In this document: piece by piece, positions 1-9,160 of the stretch
Layout: each line of letters opens with the position of its first letter
How positions within the stretch are numbered: the stretch's first letter is position 1
Assembly (NCBI RefSeq): GCF_000010625.1
Contig: NC_010296.1
Location: 1,320,001 to 1,352,000, forward strand
Reading direction: 5' to 3'
Length of the DNA: 32,000 nucleotides
DNA from: Microcystis aeruginosa NIES-843
Lineage (GTDB): Bacteria; Cyanobacteriota; Cyanobacteriia; Cyanobacteriales; Microcystaceae
Translations under genes and position numbers: made by a program
The notes under the pieces: model-generated
What the model was told of the DNA's origin: nothing
The model's database searches: none
The model's input: the letters and a program-made list of their open reading frames with translations, nothing else

Positions 1-1511
1 ACCATGGCGATATGGGTTTCGGGATGTTTCGCTGCCCAAGTTTCCTTGACTCCGAGGACTTTTTCCTGGTGTCCGGGCCAAATATCAAGATCGGTGGCGA
101 TAACGTAGCCTAATTTTTCGTGAACGGCGTAGGAGTTCCAGGGTTCCCCCACACAATAACCGTCGATCTTACCCGCTTTTAGTAGGGAAACCATCTGAGG
201 CGGCGGAATTACGGCTAAATTCACATCACTATCGGGATCGATGCCGCCACTAGCTAACCAGTAGCGTAACAGTAGATTGTGCATGGAAGCAGGGTGAACC
301 ATGCCGAAAGTGGCGATTTTATCGGGACTTTGCTGGAGGGCATCCTTTAAGTCCTCGAGTTTTTCTACCCCCAATTCCCTGTATTTATTGCTGAGGGTGA
401 TGGCGTTACCGTTGCGACTGAGTACCAAAGCGCTAATCACGGGGACAGAGGGCTTATTGCCGGCCCCAATGGTCATGCTCAGGGGCATTCCCGCCACCAT
501 CTGGGCCGCATCGAGACGACCGGTGGCCACTCCTTGGGCGAGTGCTTTCCAGTTGGGTTCCCGTTGCAGGATAACATCCTCTAATCCTTCCTCGGCGAAG
601 AAACCTTTCTCTTTGGCAATAATAATCGGGGCGCAATCGGTGAGGGGGATAAAACCGATGGTAGGATTGGTTTTCAGTCGGGTAGCTTGGCCGATCACTG
701 TTACTGGTTCGCTGGGTTGGCCGACTTTCTTCGATCGCTTCTGTTGGTTGAGGAAATAAACGATCTCGTTACGGAGGGAGTAGTAACTGGGGTGGTTAAC
801 TACTTCTAAACGATGCCGGGGCCGGGGAATGGGAACATCGAGAATCTGACCGATATGGGCCTCCGGACCGGTGGTTAACATCACCACTCGATCGGATAGT
901 AATAGGGCTTCATCCACATCGTGCGTGACCATGATACAGGTAACGTGGCTTTCCTCGACGATTTCCATCAAACGTTCCTGTAAATTGCCTCTGGTTAACG
1001 CATCCAGCGCCCCAAAGGGTTCATCGAGTAGCAGAACTTTTGGCCGTAGGGCTAAAGCGCGGGCGATCGCTACCCGTTGTTTCATGCCTCCCGATAATTC
1101 TCCCGGTCGTTTGTTGGCCGCATGGCGCAGGTGTACCATATCGATACTATGTTCGATGACACTTTTGCGTTCAGCAGCCGGCAGATGACGCAGCACACGG
1201 TTAACTCCTAGGGCGATATTTTCCCGGACGGTTAACCACGGCAGCAGCGAATAATTCTGGAACACCACCATGCGATCGGGACCGGGACCTTTAATTTCTT
1301 TTCCCTCTAAAATTACCCCTCCCACCGTCGGGCGATCGAGTCCAGCGACCATATTTAAGAGGGTGGATTTCCCGCAACCGGAGTGACCGATTAAAGAGAT
1401 AAATTCCCCTTGAGTAACGCTGAGATCGATATTTTTCAGGGCAATATATTGACGGCCATCGGGCAGAGGGAAAACCTTATCAATGTGATCGACTTCAATA
1501 AATGCAGACAT
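1..1511 (-). CDS. nrtC: Nitrate/nitrite ABC transporter ATP-binding protein NrtC (ATPase domain fused to an NrtA-like solute-binding domain). The C-terminal part runs off the window start.
   Basis: Absent from the ORF track because no stop lies in the window. Minus-strand translation from the ATG (complement of 1509-1511) reads MSAFIEVDHIDKVFPLPDGRQYIALKNIDLSVTQGEFISLIGHSGCGKSTLLNMVAGLDRPTVG. This contains Walker A GHSGCGKST. Later come the ELSGGMKQR signature and LLLDEPFGALD (Walker B). Then follows IGFIPLTDCAPIIIAKEKGFF, which parallels LGFIALTDAAPLIIAKEKGLF of the NrtA ORF in this window. The plus ORFs 301-759 and 871-1188 are antisense shadows. Confidence 0.9.
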   Translation of the reverse strand, partial: MSAFIEVDHIDKVFPLPDGRQYIALKNIDLSVTQGEFISLIGHSGCGKSTLLNMVAGLDRPTVGGVILEGKEIKGPGPDRMVVFQNYSLLPWLTVRENIALGVNRVLRHLPAAERKSVIEHSIDMVHLRHAANKRPGELSGGMKQRVAIARALALRPKVLLLDEPFGALDALTRGNLQERLMEIVEESHVTCIMVTHDVDEALLLSDRVVMLTTGPEAHIGQILDVPIPRPRHRLEVVNHPSYYSLRNEIVYFLNQQKRSKKVGQPSEPVTVIGQATRLKTNPTIGFIPLTDCAPIIIAKEKGFFAEEGLEDVILQREPNWKALAQGVATGRLDAAQMVAGMPLSMTIGAGNKPSVPVISALVLSRNGNAITLSNKYRELGVEKLEDLKDALQQSPDKIATFGMVHPASMHNLLLRYWLASGGIDPDSDVNLAVIPPPQMVSLLKAGKIDGYCVGEPWNSYAVHEKLGYVIATDLDIWPGHQEKVLGVKETWAAKHPETHIAM

Positions 1512-1661
1512 TTTCAGTTATCAGTTATTAGTTATCAGTTATCAGTTATCAGATGTGAGTTTTTAGTTTACTGTTTACTGTTTACTTAAAAAGCTCCCCA
1601 CACCCCACACCCCACACCCCACACCCTGCCCCCACCGAAAAACTTTTTGCCGCAAACCCTA
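1512..1661. repeat. Intercistronic repeat block: CAGTTAT heptamers, TTTACTG repeats, a CCCCACA array, and the terminal fragment of the TAGGG-type MITE
   Basis: Direct reading. CAGTTAT units span ~1515-1552 and TTTACTG units ~1566-1587. Positions ~1597-1661 are ccccacaccccacaccccacaccccacaccctgcccccaccgaaaaactttttgccgcaaacccta. This matches the right end of the MITE copy at 30584-30808. Confidence 0.85.
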
Positions 1662-2486
1662 TTTATTTTCTTCGGGTACAACTAATTTAGCGATGTAGGC
1701 CATGAGGCGATCGAGTAAGAAACCAACAATACCCACATAAATCAGGGCGAGGATAATTTCACTGATCATGGAACTATTCCAAGCATCCCAGATAAAGAAG
1801 CCAATTCCCACGCCACCGATCAGCATTTCCGCCGCTACAATCGCCAACCAAGATAAACCGATACCGATTCTTAATCCCGTGAAAACGTAGGGAACAGTAG
1901 CGGGAAAAAGAATATTGAAAAAGTATTCAACTTTGGATAATTTTAGCACTCTAGAGACGTTTTTATAGTCTTGGGGAACCTGCTGTACTCCCACGGCCGT
2001 GTTAATAATAATTGGCCAAATTGCTGTAATAAAAATTACAAATATGGCACTAGGTTCGTTATTACGAAAAGCCGCTAGGGAGATGGGTAGCCAAGCTAGG
2101 GGGGGAACGGTACGCAGGATTTGGAAAATCGGATCGATCGCATCATAAATTAGGGCGTTACTACCGATTAAAATTCCTACGGCGATGCCGACAATAGCGG
2201 CTAGGGTAAAACCGACGGCCACCCGTTGTAAACTGGCGAAAATTTGCCAGAATAACCCCACATCCGTGCCACCATTATTGAAGAAGGGATTAATAATTAA
2301 TTCCCAGGTATCGCTAACCACTTTAGTGGGACTAGGGAGGGGGGCATCGGGACTAAAACAGAGTATTTGCCAGATGGCAAGGAAAATTAATAAAGCAATC
2401 GCCGAAGTTGCTAGTTTGGGTAATTTTTTTTTCAGGTCTTTTACCCATTTTGAACCTTGAGAACGACGAGAAATAGAAACAGCCAT
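1659..2486 (-). CDS. nrtB: Nitrate/nitrite ABC transporter permease NrtB
   Basis: 275-aa ORF with multiple hydrophobic spans and a BPD-transporter-like loop. It sits between the NrtA-like binding protein and the NrtC ATPase in the canonical nrtA-B-C order. Confidence 0.88.
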   Translation of the reverse strand: MAVSISRRSQGSKWVKDLKKKLPKLATSAIALLIFLAIWQILCFSPDAPLPSPTKVVSDTWELIINPFFNNGGTDVGLFWQIFASLQRVAVGFTLAAIVGIAVGILIGSNALIYDAIDPIFQILRTVPPLAWLPISLAAFRNNEPSAIFVIFITAIWPIIINTAVGVQQVPQDYKNVSRVLKLSKVEYFFNILFPATVPYVFTGLRIGIGLSWLAIVAAEMLIGGVGIGFFIWDAWNSSMISEIILALIYVGIVGFLLDRLMAYIAKLVVPEENK

Positions 2487-2488
2487 AA

Positions 2489-2682
2489 TCAGTTATCAGT
2501 TATCAGTGGTTGAGTTATCAGTGGTTGAGTTATCAGTGGTTCAGTGGTTCAGTGGTTCAGTGATCAGCTTTTATCTTGGCTTGCTCCGCAAGAATTTCAG
2601 TTATCAGTTATTAATTACCAGTTATCAGCAAATCATCTTTAACTGTTGACGGGTTACTGATTACTGATTAGTGATCACTGAT
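2489..2682. repeat. Intercistronic short-tandem-repeat block between nrtA and nrtB (CAGTTAT heptamers, GTTGAGTTATCAGTG x2, GTTCAGTG x3, TACTGAT units)
   Basis: Direct reading of 2489-2682. No ORF is present, and the repeat units are 7-16 bp with no spacers. Confidence 0.85.
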
Positions 2683-4005
2683 TTAAATCTTCTTGATCTT
2701 GAGGGAATCGAGGTAGGCTTGGGGATTTTCGGGGTCAAATTTCACGCCATCAAAGAAAGTTTCCACGCCGCGAGAGGTAGAGGTGGGAATTTGGTCGGCG
2801 GGAACATTGAGGGCTTTAGCGGCTTCCCTCCAGATATCTTCCCGGTTAACCTTATCAACTAAAGCTTTGATGTCCGTATCGGCGGGAATATAGCCCCAAC
2901 GGATGTCTTCAGTCACAAACCAAGTATCATGACTCTTGTAGGGATAGGAAGCGTTATCAGCCCAGAATTTCATGGCTACGGGGCTATTTTCAATTTTGCG
3001 ACCATCACCGAAATCGATATTACCTTGCATTCTTCCCAAGATATCGGCGGGGTCAATTTTCAGCCATTCCCGTCCTGAAATAATCTCGCACATTTCCTTA
3101 ACATTAGCGGGATCGTTGCACCATTGCTGCGCTTCCAGAACAGCCATGGTTAAAGCTTTTGCCGCCTTGGGATTTTTATCCACCCAATCGGCGCGTAAAG
3201 CGAAGGCTTTTTCAGGGTGATCCTTCCAGAATTCTCCAGTGATCAGGGCAGTGTACCCGAGGCCTTTGGAGACGATTTGGGCGTTCCACGGTTCGCCGAC
3301 ACAGAACGCGTCCATGGTGCCGACTTTCATATTGGCCACCATCTGCGGCGGGGGAACGACGATGAGGGAGATGTCATTATTGGGATCGATGCCGCCCGCA
3401 GATAGCCAGTAACGCATGAACAGGTCGTGGTTGCCCCCCGGAAAGGTGACGGCAGCTTTCATTTCTTTGCCGGCAGATTTCGCTTTGGTGAGGGTTTCTT
3501 TGAGTTTAGAACTGTCGAGGTCGAGTTTTAAATCCGCGTGGGATTTGGAGATCGATATCGCCTGACCGTTGGTATTCAAACGTGCCAGAATATACATCGG
3601 TACGGGCTGTTTGGTGATTTTGCCCAAGGTCATTAGGTAGGGCATGGGGCTGAGGATGTGGGACCCGTCGATACCGTTACCCGCCGAACCTAATTCGAGG
3701 TTATCCCGGGTTGCAGCCCAAGAAGCTTGTTTCATCACTTGCACATCGGGCATCCCGTGTTTAGCGAATAAACCTTTTTCTTTAGCGATAATTAAGGGGG
3801 CAGCGTCGGTGAGGGCAATAAAACCTAGTTTAGCGGTGGTGACTTCGGGAGTTTCTCCACTGGCAGCGGGGGAAGCGGCAGGACTGCCGGCCGGGGAGGG
3901 ACTGGTTGCGGTATTATTGGGAGTGGCGCAACCGTGGAGAATTGCTGTTCCTACGGCAGTTGCCCCGGCAGTGAAGATAAATCTACGTCTAGAAAGTTTA
4001 CTCAT
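2683..4005 (-). CDS. nrtA: Nitrate/nitrite ABC transporter substrate-binding lipoprotein NrtA (the CmpA paralogue is not strictly excluded)
   Basis: 440-aa ORF. The N-terminus MSKLSRRRFIFTAGATAVGTAILHGC is a Tat-like/lipoprotein signal with a lipobox Cys. The NrtA/CmpA-family core includes KLGFIALTDAAPLIIAKEKG, FCVGEPWN and SYPYKSHD. An NtcA-type promoter lies upstream. Confidence 0.88.
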   Translation of the reverse strand: MSKLSRRRFIFTAGATAVGTAILHGCATPNNTATSPSPAGSPAASPAASGETPEVTTAKLGFIALTDAAPLIIAKEKGLFAKHGMPDVQVMKQASWAATRDNLELGSAGNGIDGSHILSPMPYLMTLGKITKQPVPMYILARLNTNGQAISISKSHADLKLDLDSSKLKETLTKAKSAGKEMKAAVTFPGGNHDLFMRYWLSAGGIDPNNDISLIVVPPPQMVANMKVGTMDAFCVGEPWNAQIVSKGLGYTALITGEFWKDHPEKAFALRADWVDKNPKAAKALTMAVLEAQQWCNDPANVKEMCEIISGREWLKIDPADILGRMQGNIDFGDGRKIENSPVAMKFWADNASYPYKSHDTWFVTEDIRWGYIPADTDIKALVDKVNREDIWREAAKALNVPADQIPTSTSRGVETFFDGVKFDPENPQAYLDSLKIKKI

Positions 4006-4330
4006 GGACTAAAAAATCGTGATTAGAAACTAAACAAAGGTGATGAAACGGTGAAAAATTCTCATTACTTCCCCTAACTGACTGCGGTGATAACCGAGAA
4101 AATTTCTTGAAAGTAACTGTTGATTCAGTAAGGCGGCTTTAACTATTTTTATCTCTCGATCGCTTTTGCTTCTCCATCTAGGGAGATTTAGCAATAGTTT
4201 TTGTCTAAGAGATTTTTTTTTAGAAGCATAACAGTTTTGAGGAGTGGATAGATAGATAGGGGCGGTTTTTGGTCATCTGGGCTAGAAAGATCACTTTATT
4301 TCAGGGTTATTACCAAAGTAATTAACTTAA

Positions 4331-4371
4331 ATTTACAGTCTTCAACAGGAAAATTCGTATAGATTGTTACA
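4331..4371 (-). promoter_or_regulatory. Putative NtcA-activated promoter for nrtABC: a GTA-N8-TAC box plus a -10 TAAATT
   Basis: GTAtagattgtTAC lies at 4358-4371. On the minus strand a TAN3T-type -10 (TAAATT, complement of 4331-4336) lies 21 nt downstream of the box. This matches the canonical class II NtcA promoter geometry and is oriented toward nrtA. The implied 5' UTR is ~320 nt. Confidence 0.55.
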
Positions 4372-4722
4372 AAATATTGTCAGCCATGTCATAAAAGCAT
4401 AAAAATTTGTCTGAAACGCATGGTGGGGCGATGGGGGTTTTTTAGCTATCTTGACTCAGTTATCAGATTTGAGTTTGCCGTTCACTGATTACTGGTTAAT
4501 GTTTACCGATGACTGAAAAATCGCCGCAAGTATTAGCGACGCGACCAGCTTGAGACAATCTCTGTTATGCTTTGGAACTTGCCAAGGGCGAAAGCATATT
4601 ATTATCGATCGATGTTTCCCCTTGATTAGATGCTTAGGAATATTGTCAATAGTGGCAGTTAGTCATCTGTGCCTATTTGATCGTTGGTCTTGATCACGAT
4701 ACTTTTAATCCTTACTGTCGCA

Positions 4723-5997
4723 CTGACAGGGGGACAAGCAAGCTGAAAAGCTTATGTAGCATAAAATACAGACACAGACTCCAAAAAAAGATAAGTCATA
4801 TTTACCATATATGACCTAAATAACGAAAATGATAAGTGAACTATACCAGAAAGTGTTAGAAAATGAACTGGGACGAGCCAGATATCTACTGTTGTTAATG
4901 ATAGTTGGAACCTTGCAAATACTAAAGCAAGCTAAGTTAGAGATATTAGCTGAAGCCTTACCAATACCAATCCTGTTTGAGAGTCGGAGAAAAAAACTAA
5001 AAAGATTTTTAAAGCTGGAAATTCTGAATATTGAAAAAATCTGGTTTCCGGTCCTAAAAGAGATGTTAAAACAGCAGCAGAGATTCACAACAAAAGGATT
5101 AGCGTATATTGCTATAGACCGGACAAGTTGGGGAGCAATAAATATCTTGATGGTGAGTCTAATTTATGACAAGAGAGCCATGCCAATCTATTGGGAGATA
5201 TTAGATAAAAAAGGAAGTAGTAATCTCGAAGAACAGCAGCGAGTATTAGAAAAAACATTGACCGTGCTATCAGGTCATAAAATAGTGGTGTTAGGAGATA
5301 GAGAATTTTGCTCGGTCAGTCTTGGAAAGTGGCTTCAGAAGCAGAGTTTATACTTTTGCTTAAGACAAAAAAAAAGTACAAATGTCAAGACAAAAGAAGG
5401 AATTTATCAAGAAATGAGAGCCTTAGGTTTAAGTCCAGGAACTAAACTATTTTTAAATGATGTTAATATTACAAAAGAGAAGGGATTTGGCGAGTTTAAC
5501 TTAGCGGGTAAGTGGAAAAAAACTTATCGGGGTTTTCCAACAAAAGAGCCTTGGTATATTCTGACTAACTTTGGAGATTTAGAGACGGCAATAATGGCCT
5601 ATCAAAAAAGATTTGATATTGAGGAGATGTTCCGAGATTTTAAGTCGGGAGGCTATAGCTTAGAAGGTTCTCAATTAGCACCGAAATACCTATCAAAGCT
5701 GATAATTGTTATAGCTATCGCCTATACAAGTGCCACACTACAAGGTAAAAAAATTAAGGATATGGGAATCCAAAAATATGTTACAAGACCTGAAAAAAGA
5801 TATAAACGTCAACGCAGACACAGCAGTTTTTATGTGGGTCAACATCTCTATCATTGGCTCCAGCTACATCAAATGTTCCCAAAAAATATAGAAGAGCTAA
5901 TGCAAATTAGCCGCTATCGGTTGAAGGATTACATCAAAGGACAAAGAGCGATATCGCTTGCCCTATCTACCTTCTAGCTCGCTTGTCCCCCTCTCAG
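4723..5997 (+). mobile_element. Intact IS4-family insertion sequence (1275 bp) with 22-bp terminal inverted repeats and an 8-bp target-site duplication
   Basis: IRL is ctgacagggggacaagcaagct (4723-4744). IRR is agctcgcttgtccccctctcag (5976-5997). They are reverse complements with 2 mismatches. The flanking direct repeat ctgtcgca occurs at 4715-4722 and 5998-6005. Confidence 0.9.
4829..5977 (+). CDS. IS4-family DDE transposase
   Basis: 382-aa ORF. DDE candidates are IAIDRTSW, VVLGDREF and the E in DIEEMFRDFK. The sequence YQKRFDIEEMFRDFK fits the IS4 Y-x2-R-x3-E-x6-K signature. The stop codon lies inside IRR. Confidence 0.9.
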   Translation: MISELYQKVLENELGRARYLLLLMIVGTLQILKQAKLEILAEALPIPILFESRRKKLKRFLKLEILNIEKIWFPVLKEMLKQQQRFTTKGLAYIAIDRTSWGAINILMVSLIYDKRAMPIYWEILDKKGSSNLEEQQRVLEKTLTVLSGHKIVVLGDREFCSVSLGKWLQKQSLYFCLRQKKSTNVKTKEGIYQEMRALGLSPGTKLFLNDVNITKEKGFGEFNLAGKWKKTYRGFPTKEPWYILTNFGDLETAIMAYQKRFDIEEMFRDFKSGGYSLEGSQLAPKYLSKLIIVIAIAYTSATLQGKKIKDMGIQKYVTRPEKRYKRQRRHSSFYVGQHLYHWLQLHQMFPKNIEELMQISRYRLKDYIKGQRAISLALSTF

Positions 5998-6421
5998 CTG
6001 TCGCACCTATCCCAGACTCTTATCAAAAACTGGCTGTCTGGGATTCAGGAAAGGGCTGAAAAAATCTCTTAAATAACCTTCAATTATTCTACAGCGTTTT
6101 ATCTGTTGTCATTTCATTTTAAGATGGCTCAAAGTTTCCCCGTTCCTCACTATCTTTCGGGTTTACTAGGCTTTTAGAACGGTTTTATGACTTTGATTGT
6201 TGACGATATTTGCTCTGTCTTTGAGATGACTTTTGCTGGTCTGCTGCCGAGATTGACACAAGAGAGGTAAAATCGACTCTGTGGGGATGCTTTAACCGGC
6301 ATCTCTGTTTTTTGACAGGGGAAGATTTAACTGCCCCGACAATCGATCGAGCGTTAAACCTAAGCCGCTAAACTGAACATAGCTGCTTGTCCTTGGCTCT
6401 CATTTCTCAGATTGTAAAATA

Positions 6422-7588
6422 ATGCAAATTTATCTTGACTATAGCGCCACTACCCCCACTCATCCCCAAGTAATCGAGCGGGTTGCCACTATTCTCCAGC
6501 ATCATTGGGGCAATCCCTCCAGTTTACACACTTGGGGACAGGATACGGCGACAGTCATCGAAATGGCCAGAGAACAGGTGGCAGGGTTAATTAATGCCAA
6601 TCCGGACCAGATTATCTTCACTTCTGGCGGCACGGAAGCGGATAATTTAGCAATTATCGGGGTTGCTCAACAGTATAACCGCCCCCGTCATATTATTATT
6701 TCTAGTGTGGAACATTCTGCGATCGCTGAACCCTGTAAACAATTAGAGCAGCAAGGTTGGCAAATTACTCGTCTTCCCGTCAATCGTCAAGGTAGAGTTA
6801 ATCCTTTAGACCTAAAAGCCGCAATTCAAAGCGATACGGTCTTAATCTCCATTATTTACGGACAAAGTGAGGTGGGAACCTTACAACCGATTGAAGAATT
6901 GGGCAGCATTGCCAGAGAAAGGGGTGTTCTTTTTCACACCGATGCGGTGCAGGTGGCGGCAAGATGCGATATTGATGTGCGGAAACTGCCCGTAGATTTA
7001 TCATCTCTTTCTAGCCATAAAATTTATGGAATGCAAGGATCGGGAGCTTTATACGTCAGAGCGGGTGTCGATATTTTACCATTACTGCGGGGCGGTGGTC
7101 AGGAAAAAGGTCTGCGATCGGGAACCCCAGCCGTACCAGCGATCGCTGCTTTCGGTTTAGCGGCCGAATTAGCCCAAAAAGACTTAATTAGCGAAAAAAT
7201 GCGTTTAATAGCCCTGCGAGATCGATTATTTGACCTCTTCGCCGATTATCCTTATCTGCTGCCCACGGGGGACCGATTCTATCGTTTACCCCACCACGTC
7301 AGCTTTATTGTCCGTCCGGACGATGACAGTCACATCACGGGAAAACAGCTAGTTCGTCAGCTTAATTTAGCAGGAATCGGCATTAGTTCCGGATCCGCCT
7401 GTCATAGTGGCAAACTTTCCCCCAGTCCAATTTTAAAAGCTATGGGCTACAGCGATCGAGAAGCATTGGCGGGAATTCGTTTAACCCTGGGAAGGGACAC
7501 CAGCGCAGCCGATATCGATTGGACGGCTCTAGTATTAAAACAAGTGATTGATCGCTGTTTATCTGCCTTAATTGTTAGCAAGAGTTAG
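6422..7588 (+). CDS. Cysteine desulfurase, class V aminotransferase (NifS/IscS family)
   Basis: 388-aa ORF. It contains MQIYLDYSATTP, FTSGGTEADNLA, a SSHKIYG pyridoxal-lysine motif, and SSGSACHS with the catalytic Cys loop. Confidence 0.9.
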   Translation: MQIYLDYSATTPTHPQVIERVATILQHHWGNPSSLHTWGQDTATVIEMAREQVAGLINANPDQIIFTSGGTEADNLAIIGVAQQYNRPRHIIISSVEHSAIAEPCKQLEQQGWQITRLPVNRQGRVNPLDLKAAIQSDTVLISIIYGQSEVGTLQPIEELGSIARERGVLFHTDAVQVAARCDIDVRKLPVDLSSLSSHKIYGMQGSGALYVRAGVDILPLLRGGGQEKGLRSGTPAVPAIAAFGLAAELAQKDLISEKMRLIALRDRLFDLFADYPYLLPTGDRFYRLPHHVSFIVRPDDDSHITGKQLVRQLNLAGIGISSGSACHSGKLSPSPILKAMGYSDREALAGIRLTLGRDTSAADIDWTALVLKQVIDRCLSALIVSKS

Positions 7589-7589
7589 T

Positions 7590-7787
7590 TTATCCCTCAA
7601 ATTGCCCTTCGATCAAGATAATTTCGCCAAAATCGGGAATCCATGCCACCCAACGGCCCTGATCCTGTTCACAGAGTAGTAGTGCTTCATCAAAGCTGTA
7701 TGGAGAGGGAAGCATTCTGAGTTGTACCCATGTGTTTGCTTGGGGGCAAGTAACAACGGCAGTAGTGCGGTATTGTAGTAAAGACAT
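7590..7787 (-). CDS. Small hypothetical protein (65 aa)
   Basis: ATG-initiated ORF convergent with the desulfurase gene. Its composition is protein-like (…EALLLCEQDQGRWVAWIPDFGEIILIEG…). No motif was recognised. The overlapping alternative ORF 7613-7798 looks less protein-like. Confidence 0.4.
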   Translation of the reverse strand: MSLLQYRTTAVVTCPQANTWVQLRMLPSPYSFDEALLLCEQDQGRWVAWIPDFGEIILIEGQFEG

Positions 7788-7930
7788 ACACAGATCACCC
7801 TGATAATTCTGTATCTAAATTTACAAACAAACCGATGACTGTGGGTGACTTTGTTTTAAATCTTTACCTTTTCATTGGTAGTTTGAGAAAAAATCTCTCT
7901 TTCTTGCCCACGGTTTTCGACTACCAATCC

Positions 7931-8157
7931 TAGTTAGGGTTTGCTGAATAAATGTGAAATATAGACGAGGTAAGGGTTTTAGGGTTCTGTTTCGCCGCCA
8001 CAGATGCAAGATTTTGAGAGAATCGTGGTTCAAAACCTTGCGTCTTCATCGGCCCGCGTCCTGTAGGGGCGAAGCATTCGGGCAATAACCTATCGCTGAA
8101 ACCGGAGATTTTCTATCCGAATGCTTCGCCCGTACTTTTTGCCGCAAACCCTAGTTA
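7931..8157. mobile_element. MITE-like element with TAGGGTTTGCTGAA / GCAAACCCTA termini and a distinct core containing a 15-bp perfect hairpin
   Basis: The left end is tagttagggtttgctgaa (7931-). The right end is tttttgccgcaaaccctagtta (-8157). An internal inverted repeat gggcgaagcattcgg (8067-8081) pairs with ccgaatgcttcgccc (8117-8131). There is no ORF. Confidence 0.7.
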
Positions 8158-8193
8158 TGATCTTTAATGGTAAATGATAGTTGATAACTGGTA

Positions 8194-9135
8194 ATGGTAA
8201 GTTCTTTCCCTCGCACCTATAAAATCGCCGTCATCGGTGACGTTCACGACCAATGGGAAATAGAAGATAATTTAGCTCTAGAAGCTTTACAAGTGGATTT
8301 AGCCCTATTTGTCGGCGATTTTGGCAATGAATCCCTAGAAATTGTCGGCCGGATTGCTAGTTTGTCCTTACCAAAAGCCGTTATTCTCGGTAATCACGAC
8401 GCTTGGTATAGTGCCACCTCCTGGGGACGAAAAAAATGTCCCTACGATCGCAACAAGGAAGATCGTGTCACCGCCCAGTTAGAATTATTAGGGGTTGCTC
8501 ATGTGGGTTACTCAAAACTAGACCTACCCAGTTTAGAGCTTTCGATTGTTGGGGGTCGTCCCTTTACTTGGGGGGGATCCGAGTGGAAAAATGGAGAATT
8601 TTTTCAAGAACGCTATAATATCAGCAGTTTTGCCGAATCTACCGCCAAAATTATCGCTAATATTCAAGATACTGCCTATAATAACCTGATTTTTTTAGGT
8701 CACAATGGTCCGGCCGGACTGGGAAAGGAAGCGGAAGCTATCTGTGGTCGCGATTGGCAACCCTTGGGAGGGGACCACGGGGACCCGGATTTAGCAGCGG
8801 CCATCGAACAAGCACAGCTATTAGGAAAACAGGTTCCTCTCGTCAGTTTCGGTCATATGCACCACCGTCTCCGTCATACTACTTCCCGTTTACGCAATCC
8901 CGTGGTCACTTCCGAGATGGGAACTGTTTATCTGAATGCTGCCAGTGTCCCTCGTATTCTCCACTCCGATACGGGTAAATCTCGCAATTTTTCCCTAGTC
9001 ACTCTTGAAGAAGGTCTAGTCACAGAAGCATCTTTAATCTGGTTGAACGATAATTTCGAGATTATCAGTAATAGAAAACTTTATCACTCCGGGTCATCAA
9101 TCGATCGCCTATCTCCCCAATCTTGTTATTCTTAA
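8194..9135 (+). CDS. Calcineurin-like metallophosphoesterase family protein
   Basis: 313-aa ORF carrying the metallophosphoesterase motif series IAVIGDVHD, FVGDFGNE, LGNHDAW, LGHNGP and SFGHMHH. Confidence 0.8.
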   Translation: MVSSFPRTYKIAVIGDVHDQWEIEDNLALEALQVDLALFVGDFGNESLEIVGRIASLSLPKAVILGNHDAWYSATSWGRKKCPYDRNKEDRVTAQLELLGVAHVGYSKLDLPSLELSIVGGRPFTWGGSEWKNGEFFQERYNISSFAESTAKIIANIQDTAYNNLIFLGHNGPAGLGKEAEAICGRDWQPLGGDHGDPDLAAAIEQAQLLGKQVPLVSFGHMHHRLRHTTSRLRNPVVTSEMGTVYLNAASVPRILHSDTGKSRNFSLVTLEEGLVTEASLIWLNDNFEIISNRKLYHSGSSIDRLSPQSCYS

Positions 9136-9160
9136 TTTACATCTCCCCACACCCCACTTC

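Noticed and set aside
301-1188. Plus-strand ORFs 301-759 and 871-1188
   Set aside because: They are antisense to the clearly coding minus-strand nrtC frame (Walker A/B, ABC signature). Their translations are low-complexity and Ser/Arg/Pro-rich.
1515-2682. Possible CRISPR array suggested by the dense regular repeats (also at 30488-30555 and 31630-31768)
   Set aside because: The units are 7-16 bp and directly tandem with no 25-40 bp unique spacers. No cas genes are present. They are STRR-like heptamer arrays.
2671-4012. Plus-strand ORFs 2671-2862, 2972-3220, 3217-3405 and 3644-4012
   Set aside because: All are antisense shadows of nrtA. None carries a recognisable motif.
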